From Octopus sinensis (taxonomy: Eukaryota): DNA of 64,000 nt. Below the pieces are notes generated by a model that worked only from the letters and a program-made list of their open reading frames with translations, searched no databases and was not told the origin of the DNA. Each line of letters begins with the position of its first letter. The first letter of the stretch is position 1. Made by a program: the position numbers and the translations under genes. This document shows, one piece after another, positions 61,501 to 64,000 of this stretch. The DNA lies in the NCBI RefSeq assembly GCF_006345805.1, contig NC_043000.1, positions 85,622,001 through 85,686,000 on the forward strand. Reading direction: 5' to 3'.

Positions 61501-63450
61501 GTGTTGCTACTCAGGTATACCCTCCTGATAGCCAGCTCAGTGGTGATCCCTGGCCATTTGGCATTACAGATAAACAAGGTGTACTTACTTCCTTCGAGAC
61601 TAGCACTGATCCGATGCTTGGTGCTTTGCCTCGTAAAGGCAAACCTTACATGGGGCAGTCAAGTCTCGAAGTAGGTCAACGTCCGATGTTGCCTGCACCT
61701 GTAACTCCAGTTGGCAGTACTGGAACTTCCAAGATGACAGAGAGTGCTGTATTCAGTTTTAGTAGCAGCGGTCCTGAAAGTGCTTCTGCAGAAGCAAGAG
61801 ATGCAAGTATGGCTCCTCCTGTTCCTACACCAAGGAAAACTAAGCATGTAAGTGACCCTTTTCATTTTAGTAGCTACATATTTTTAACACCATTGTTCTT
61901 TCTTATTATGTTGAATCAACAAATAACAATTAGTATTGTTTGTTATTAATTTTTCAATAAAGCCTGTTTATAGTTGTAATGGCATGTGTTTGTGAAATTA
62001 ATATTTTCCTAATAAAATGAGAAAAGAATATAATTATCCAGAGTTGTTGATCATGATGATCAACATTTAACATCTGTTTTCCATTTTGGCATGGATTGGA
62101 CAGCTTGACAGGGACTGGCTAGGCCAAGGACCACACCAGGTTCCAAAGTATGTTTTGGCCTTGTTTCTATGGCTGGATACCCTTCCTAACGCCAACTACT
62201 TTACAGTTTTTACTGGGTGCTTTTTATGTGACACCTGCACTCACACCTATGCTTTTTACTTGGCACCTTGAGTTTAGGATCTCAATTCTGTTTTGGCGGG
62301 CAGGTCTTCTTGAGTATTTGATGATGATTGTATTTGCATCGCTCTGAACAATTTTATAGTCGAACGTATCAACCCCAGTACTTATATGTTTGTTCAATGA
62401 AAATTAGTTGATAGTGTGTTGTTTATTTAACATGCATTTACCAATATCATTGAAAGACAATATTGTCGAACTTTTATAAGCTCTTTTTCAACTGTAAAAC
62501 ACAGATAGCTATATGTGATTAATGGCTCAAAGAATTTGTTTCTTTTTTGTTGTTTATTTTAAAATTATGTTTTAATTTATGATTTAGATGATTCTGCAAA
62601 TTTAGACATTATTTATATATATATATATATAAACCAACTAATGTGTTTCTCCATTTTCTTATTTGTAATATAAATCAATGGTAAAATATTTCTTTACCTT
62701 CACCCATTTAATACAATAAGTTTATTGCACTGCAATTAAAAACACTTGTGTATTAATAATTTGGGTATTATACCAACAGTATATTGGATAAGTATTATCC
62801 CTTAGTGGGTTGGATCCACAACCCCTAACTTACTTAGTGGTATATATATATTTTCATAACATTGTAATTTCCTTTCCAATGCAAACTACTCTATCCATGG
62901 ATTTGAAACAGTATCCATTAACCAGATTATGTGTGCCAACCCTTTTTCAGGACACTGAGTTCAAATATATATCTGACCTATAACTTGTAATACCTGCCAA
63001 TATGTCTTTTTAGTTTACCAATCAAACTTTTTAATTTTTGAACTATCTTAAAAAAAGTAGTATAATTTTGTAATAGATTTGATTACATTATAAATAGATG
63101 TTTTCATATTTCATTGAACAACATGTGTTTCTGTGACATGTATTTACTTTTTTTTATGTTTTAAAGACCATAAATCTTCTTGTAAGATATGTTGAATATG
63201 TTTTACTTCTTTTCAGCAGTCCGATGCTGGCTATGCCCATTTAAAGAAGCCCGATACAGTTCAGGAATGGCTTGGTTGTCTTGGCCTGTCAGAATATACT
63301 AATACTTTCATCATTAATGGTTGGGACTCAATCTCTTATCTCGGCTACCTGACAAATGATGACTTAGTAAATATGCACATAAGGAACCCAAAACACCGTG
63401 ATCGTCTCTTGCGCAGTCTGCAGGACATGAACCTGAAGTTCACTGGTTGA
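10740..63450 (+). CDS. INPPL1: SHIP-family phosphatidylinositol 3,4,5-trisphosphate 5-phosphatase (SHIP2/INPPL1-like), whole gene model, 25 coding exons, 1123 aa
   Basis: join(10740..10867,15436..15499,19957..20107,21042..21150,22418..22558,24432..24525,24658..24729,25021..25161,26759..26891,30323..30520,31579..31778,32457..32574,34817..34913,36984..37122,38507..38606,39763..39860,40581..40662,43923..44068,45301..45358,45705..45793,46638..46728,48450..48546,49925..49989,61321..61847,63217..63450) = 3372 nt, open frame, all GT-AG, phases consistent. Motifs: SH2 FLIRES; 5-phosphatase [45 protein letters not shown]; C-terminal SAM ([13 protein letters not shown]...HRDRLL). The SAM domain makes it SHIP2-like; it is probably the single co-ortholog of INPP5D/INPPL1. 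Confidence 0.95.
12300..12460 (-). mobile_element. SINE family C copy
   Basis: agaagacacatacccaaag...gaaaccatgtggctgcaaagcaaccttaaccacag. Confidence 0.65.
13650..13810 (+). mobile_element. SINE family C copy (decayed)
   Basis: atggctgtgtcattaagaaattcactt...gtgcaaggctcttctgccatagcc...ggaagtttagcagatggaaactg. Confidence 0.6.
14275..14412 (-). mobile_element. SINE family C copy
   Basis: tagaagacacttgccatgcagtgggactgaatctgtaaccacatggttg...cttaaccacacag. Confidence 0.7.
14520..15130 (-). mobile_element. Decayed Tc1 (DD34E) transposase remnant
   Basis: Minus frame [43 protein letters not shown]: 34 codons between the (D)NDPKH position and E. Upstream [10 protein letters not shown] and TVK segments match the Tc1 catalytic domain. 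Confidence 0.75.
15436..15499 (+). CDS. INPPL1: SHIP coding exon 2 (SH2)
   Basis: tgtag|(L)[21 protein letters not shown]|gtaaga; 64 nt. Confidence 0.95.
15945..16825 (+). repeat. Head-to-tail array of SINE family A, left block (3 copies)
   Basis: ~210-bp unit with A-box-like TGGCAGAATC and B-box GAGTTCAAATTCC, then gcctttcatcc...aagtaccagttgagcactgggg, ending in (ATT/ATC)n; copies start at ~15945, ~16385, ~16606. Confidence 0.9.
16834..17949 (-). mobile_element. Complete non-autonomous Helitron (1116 bp) with a PIF1 helicase remnant
   Basis: Minus strand: A|TCTTATAAT at 17949 (5' TC) ... ccatgaaatattcacgggttctgCTAG|T at 16834 (hairpin + CTAG, A/T target, no TSD). Internal [20 protein letters not shown] and QLYVAFSR (PIF1 motifs V/VI) at ~17410-17520. 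Confidence 0.88.
17987..19665 (+). repeat. Head-to-tail array of SINE family A, right block (7 copies)
   Basis: Copies start at ~17987, 18272, 18539, 18778, 19038, 19263 (5' truncated) and 19468; all in the same orientation and separated by (ATT)n/(ATC)n tails. Confidence 0.9.
19957..20107 (+). CDS. INPPL1: SHIP coding exon 3 (SH2 C-terminus)
   Basis: ttacag|[50 protein letters not shown]|gtaaag; 151 nt. Confidence 0.93.
20224..20537. mobile_element. Tc1/mariner-type MITE with 60-bp terminal inverted repeats and TA ends
   Basis: 20224..20283 tattgggtgttttcacaaagtcttgttgaatatttagattagaaatctaatactgctact aligns without gaps to the reverse complement of 20478..20537 with about 8 mismatches; TA at both ends. 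Confidence 0.8.
21042..21150 (+). CDS. INPPL1: SHIP coding exon 4
   Basis: tttcag|(D)[35 protein letters not shown]|gtaagt; 109 nt; phase 1 to 2 fits neighbours. Confidence 0.88.
22418..22558 (+). CDS. INPPL1: SHIP coding exon 5
   Basis: ttatcag|(K)[46 protein letters not shown]|gtaaga; 141 nt. Confidence 0.9.
22600..22700 (-). mobile_element. Decayed RTE 3' tail
   Basis: tttaacgtctgtcttccatgctggtataggttagatggtttg = reverse complement of the RTE tail. Confidence 0.65.
23455..23662 (+). mobile_element. SINE family A solo copy
   Basis: ggtggcgagctggcaaaatcattag...gcctttcatcc...ccttgtgacaaaattggaaagc. Confidence 0.85.
24040..24342 (+). mobile_element. SINE family D copy
   Basis: gaaggcacatggcttaatggttagggtattc (A box) ...gtttgattccc (B box)...gtgtccttgagcaagacgcttt; flanked by (TA)n on both sides. 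Confidence 0.85.
24432..24525 (+). CDS. INPPL1: SHIP coding exon 6
   Basis: tttttag|(K)[31 protein letters not shown]|gtattt; 94 nt. Confidence 0.88.
24549..24632 (+). repeat. (CT)n microsatellite filling most of intron 6 (24526..24657)
   Basis: ~80-nt nearly pure CT run inside a 132-nt intron. Confidence 0.95.
24658..24729 (+). CDS. INPPL1: SHIP coding exon 7
   Basis: attttag|[24 protein letters not shown]|gtaaat; 72 nt; phase 0-0. Confidence 0.85.
25021..25161 (+). CDS. INPPL1: SHIP coding exon 8
   Basis: ttcatag|[47 protein letters not shown]|gtatga; 141 nt; ends in the PI..FE(V) segment that precedes the PH-related domain in SHIPs. Confidence 0.88.
26759..26891 (+). CDS. INPPL1: SHIP coding exon 9 (PH-related domain)
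   Basis: tttcag|[44 protein letters not shown]|gtaatc; 133 nt. Confidence 0.92.
28014..28215 (+). mobile_element. SINE family C copy
   Basis: ggtgcaggcatagctgtgtggtt (A box)...ggttcagtccc (B box)...cttgggcaagtgtcttc; same subfamily body as 51633..51840. Confidence 0.85.
29281..29774. mobile_element. piggyBac-like foldback MITE with long inverted arms
   Basis: tgaa|CCC at 29281 ... GGG|ttaa at 29774; left arm 29281..29446 aligns to the reverse complement of right arm 29586..29774 with one internal indel. Confidence 0.78.
30323..30520 (+). CDS. INPPL1: SHIP coding exon 10 (PH-related domain; start of phosphatase domain)
   Basis: cattag|(I)[21 protein letters not shown]...[33 protein letters not shown]|gtgagc; 198 nt. 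Confidence 0.95.
30985..31125 (+). mobile_element. SINE family C copy (decayed)
   Basis: ccatgcactttcggattcagtttt...ccttccactataacccaaggccaaccaaagcctt...ggatttggtacacagaaattgatagaagccc. Confidence 0.65.
31359..31418. other. Near-perfect 29-bp inverted repeat (hairpin)
   Basis: aacaccatttaccagtaagctagtcaata-aa-tattgactggcttactggtaaatggtgtt; the only mismatch is a T/G pair. Confidence 0.95.
31579..31778 (+). CDS. INPPL1: SHIP coding exon 11 (5-phosphatase)
   Basis: acacag|(G)[19 protein letters not shown]...[20 protein letters not shown]...DPEI|gtatgt; 200 nt. Confidence 0.95.
32457..32574 (+). CDS. INPPL1: SHIP coding exon 12 (5-phosphatase)
   Basis: ctccag|[39 protein letters not shown]|gtaaaa; 118 nt. 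Confidence 0.95.
34164..34688. mobile_element. Tc2/pogo-like MITE with TA target duplication
   Basis: ta|ccgtaaatcctcgagtata ... tatactcgaggatttacta|ta; CCGTA-type terminus; no ORF. Confidence 0.85.
34817..34913 (+). CDS. INPPL1: SHIP coding exon 13 (5-phosphatase)
   Basis: tttcag|(G)[31 protein letters not shown]|gtaacc; 97 nt. Confidence 0.96.
35440..35605. repeat. Compound (TA)n/(TG)n/(GA)n microsatellite
   Basis: Direct reading of the sequence. Confidence 0.9.
35608..35830 (-). mobile_element. RTE 3' tail copy
   Basis: ctacagctggatgtccttcctaacgccaactactctgagagtgtag = reverse complement of the tail core. Confidence 0.85.
36984..37122 (+). CDS. INPPL1: SHIP coding exon 14 (5-phosphatase motif I)
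   Basis: ttttag|(R)[46 protein letters not shown]|gtaaat; 139 nt. Confidence 0.97.
38507..38606 (+). CDS. INPPL1: SHIP coding exon 15 (5-phosphatase)
   Basis: ttatag|[33 protein letters not shown]|gtaagt; 100 nt. Confidence 0.93.
39763..39860 (+). CDS. INPPL1: SHIP coding exon 16 (5-phosphatase)
   Basis: taacag|(R)[32 protein letters not shown]|gtaagc; 98 nt. Confidence 0.95.
40581..40662 (+). CDS. INPPL1: SHIP coding exon 17 (5-phosphatase motif II)
   Basis: ttttag|[27 protein letters not shown]|gtaagt; 82 nt. Confidence 0.97.
42030..42290 (+). mobile_element. RTE 3' tail copy
   Basis: ctacactctctgagaggttggcattaagaaaggcatccagctgtagaaac...catggaaagtggatgttagacaataatgatgatga. Confidence 0.85.
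42418..43120 (+). mobile_element. Young RTE 3' tail copy with ~7 tandem copies of a 62-bp VNTR
   Basis: Unit gcacataaaaacaccatccgagcgtggccgtctgccagcctcgtctggcacctgtgtcggtg (period 62) from ~42520 to ~42945, then the tail core and (TGA)n. Confidence 0.92.
43923..44068 (+). CDS. INPPL1: SHIP coding exon 18 (end of phosphatase; start of C2)
   Basis: ttccag|(G)[48 protein letters not shown]|gtatat; 146 nt. Confidence 0.95.
44285..44717 (+). mobile_element. RTE 3' tail copy with decayed internal tandem units
   Basis: Repeated aaaaagcaccattcaagc.tggtcattgccag units, then aggaagggcatccagctgtagaaac...ttaaacaatgatgatg. Confidence 0.85.
45301..45358 (+). CDS. INPPL1: SHIP coding exon 19 (C2)
   Basis: aacatag|[19 protein letters not shown]|gtaagt; 58 nt. 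Confidence 0.92.
45705..45793 (+). CDS. INPPL1: SHIP coding exon 20 (C2)
   Basis: atttag|(N)[29 protein letters not shown]|gtaagc; 89 nt. Confidence 0.9.
46638..46728 (+). CDS. INPPL1: SHIP coding exon 21 (C2)
   Basis: ttacag|[30 protein letters not shown]|gtattt; 91 nt. Confidence 0.94.
46862..47092 (+). mobile_element. SINE family A solo copy (agtaga-type tail)
   Basis: aaggcagcaagctggcataattgttagc...aagtaccagttgagcactgg...gtgcttaaagtagacaggattattatt. Confidence 0.8.
48450..48546 (+). CDS. INPPL1: SHIP coding exon 22 (C2)
   Basis: ttcttag|(G)[31 protein letters not shown]|gtaaga; 97 nt. Confidence 0.94.
48725..48845 (+). mobile_element. SINE family C remnant
   Basis: gcaaccatgtgttgtaggatttgatacc...gagacaagtgacttctact...gaattggtagacagaaac. 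Confidence 0.55.
49925..49989 (+). CDS. INPPL1: SHIP coding exon 23 (end of C2)
   Basis: gacag|(R)[21 protein letters not shown]|gtaaaa; 65 nt. Confidence 0.9.
50757..50992 (+). mobile_element. Young RTE 3' tail copy (one VNTR unit)
   Basis: aaaagcaccatccgaacgtggccgatgccag...ggcgttaggaagggcatccagctgtagaaac...gttaaacgatgatgatgat; CpG-rich. Confidence 0.88.
51633..51840 (+). mobile_element. Young SINE family C copy
   Basis: ggcgcgggcatggctgtgtggtt...gggttcagtcccactgcgtggcac; intact A and B boxes and retained CpGs. Confidence 0.88.
52965..53180 (+). mobile_element. Young RTE 3' tail copy
   Basis: aaaagcaccatccgatcgtggccg...aagggcatccacctgtagaaac...cgctaaacgatgatgatgat. Confidence 0.88.
53180..53430. 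repeat. Long (TA)n/(TATATG)n microsatellite
   Basis: Direct reading; it produces the YI/IY-rich spurious ORFs in the ORF track. Confidence 0.92.
53488..53875 (+). mobile_element. Young RTE 3' tail copy with ~2 VNTR units
   Basis: Nearly identical to 42418..43120 apart from VNTR copy number. Confidence 0.9.
54574..55434 (-). mobile_element. Internally deleted maT-type (DD37D) Tc1/mariner element, pseudogenized transposase
   Basis: [23 protein letters not shown]...LEENMLP*...YVFIQ(G)SAPS[1-nt frameshift][14 protein letters not shown]...[10 protein letters not shown](D): 37 residues between catalytic positions 2 and 3 after repairing the frameshift. Degenerate TIRs tactgaatgttccagaaatattta (54574) and the reverse complement taccaggtgtcccagaaagattta (55434), 18/24 matches. 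Confidence 0.78.
56130..56290 (+). mobile_element. Short RTE RT remnant
   Basis: [18 protein letters not shown] matches the WAKFRELLPLLVTKGLSL segment of the RTE copy at ~780-850. Confidence 0.7.
57061..57245 (-). mobile_element. 3' LTR (185 bp) of a Ty3/Gypsy element
   Basis: Minus-strand termini TGTTG...CAACA; immediately preceded by a polypurine tract AAAGGGGAGA (+ strand tctcccctttaa at 57246..57257). Confidence 0.72.
57246..58880 (-). mobile_element. Ty3/Gypsy internal region: gag zinc knuckles, protease, integrase; RT and RNase H absent
   Basis: [22 protein letters not shown] (CCHC); [14 protein letters not shown] (aspartic protease); [27 protein letters not shown] and HPRSNGQAE (integrase); [10 protein letters not shown]...WEDGVI (C-terminal region); stops and frameshifts throughout. 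Confidence 0.9.
59812..60100 (+). mobile_element. RTE 3' tail copy with (GGT)n(GAT)n tail
   Basis: aaaagcaccattcgagtgtggtcgatgccag...ctacactctcggagtggttggcattagaaagggcatcc...gttaaatgatgatagtggtggt. Confidence 0.85.
61321..61847 (+). CDS. INPPL1: SHIP coding exon 24 (proline-rich region)
   Basis: ttttcag|(E)[34 protein letters not shown]...[13 protein letters not shown]|gtaagt; 527 nt; same frame as listed ORF 61368..61949. Confidence 0.92.
62055..62250 (-). mobile_element. RTE 3' tail copy, inverted relative to the intron-23 copies
   Basis: atttaacatctgttttccattttggcatggattggacagcttg...ctggatacccttcctaacgccaact. Confidence 0.82.
63217..63450 (+). CDS. INPPL1: SHIP coding exon 25 (SAM domain, stop codon)
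   Basis: ttttcag|[77 protein letters not shown]; TGA at 63448..63450; NAGNAG acceptor. Confidence 0.94.
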   Translation, partial: QSDAGYAHLKKPDTVQEWLGCLGLSEYTNTFIINGWDSISYLGYLTNDDLVNMHIRNPKHRDRLLRSLQDMNLKFTG

Positions 63451-64000
63451 TCCCAATTATCAACAAATGAATTCCAGCTCAACAAAAGCAACAACATTCA
63501 GCTCTGTGACTCTGCAATATCTTCCTTAGCCTTCCCTGTCTATTTCTATTTATGCTGGCTGCTACAGGTTTTTTTTTTTTTTTTTTTTTCTTTTTAGGAG
63601 GCTAGATGAATGCTTCATGGTACATATACATGTATTGCAATAGCATTTACATATTAATGATTGTAAAATCTGTCACTCAATCAGTCACACACATCCAAAC
63701 ATACACCACCAAAAAATGTATGTTTACTTTGAAGCTGTTTCTTTAGTTTGATAGTACAGACACACACTTTTCATACAAGCATATATATATATACTAATGT
63801 ACATTTATTCACTCATACAAATTGAAGTATGGATGTACATTGAAGATGTGACTCAAATAACAAATATTGAATTCTTGATAAGAATTCTGTTGTGACTAGC
63901 TTTTCTTTTCTTTTCTTTTTTTTAAGTCATTGAAGAAGTACATGAGAAAGCTACTACATAATGTGCATTTGCACTTAAATGTCAAGTAAGTTTGAAGTGT

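Noticed and set aside
61368-61949. Stand-alone 193-aa proline-rich gene
   Set aside because: It is the reading frame of SHIP exon 24 read through its donor at 61848; the start is an internal GTG.
63451-64000. Polyadenylation site of the SHIP gene
   Set aside because: No canonical AATAAA seen in the available 3'UTR; the transcript end probably lies beyond the window.

Overview
Very AT-rich, microsatellite- and transposon-dense eukaryotic DNA. The repeat families (tRNA-head SINEs, RTE tails ending in (TGA)n, long (TA)n/(CA)n runs) look like an octopus/coleoid genome; the species is my inference. The window holds one complete protein-coding gene on the + strand, a SHIP-family inositol 5-phosphatase (INPPL1/SHIP2-like). 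I assembled 25 coding exons by hand from 10740 to 63450. All introns are GT-AG with consistent phases, giving a 3372-nt CDS (1123 aa) with SH2, PH-related, 5-phosphatase, C2, proline-rich and SAM regions. Upstream and intronic DNA holds decayed RTE and CR1 LINEs, Gypsy LTR remnants, Tc1 (DD34E) and maT-type (DD37D) transposase relics, several MITEs, a complete non-autonomous Helitron inserted into a ~10-copy head-to-tail SINE array, and many RTE 3' ends carrying a variable 62-bp VNTR. No rRNA, true tRNA gene or CRISPR array was found. The best leads are a strong 3' splice site after the SAM exon that would give a SAM-less (SHIP1-like) isoform, candidate phosphotyrosine/SH3 docking motifs with no NPxY, the SINE array/Helitron nest, a PHD finger inside an RTE reverse transcriptase, and several long intronic hairpins. 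Repeat boundaries are read by eye and are approximate; no database searches were run.
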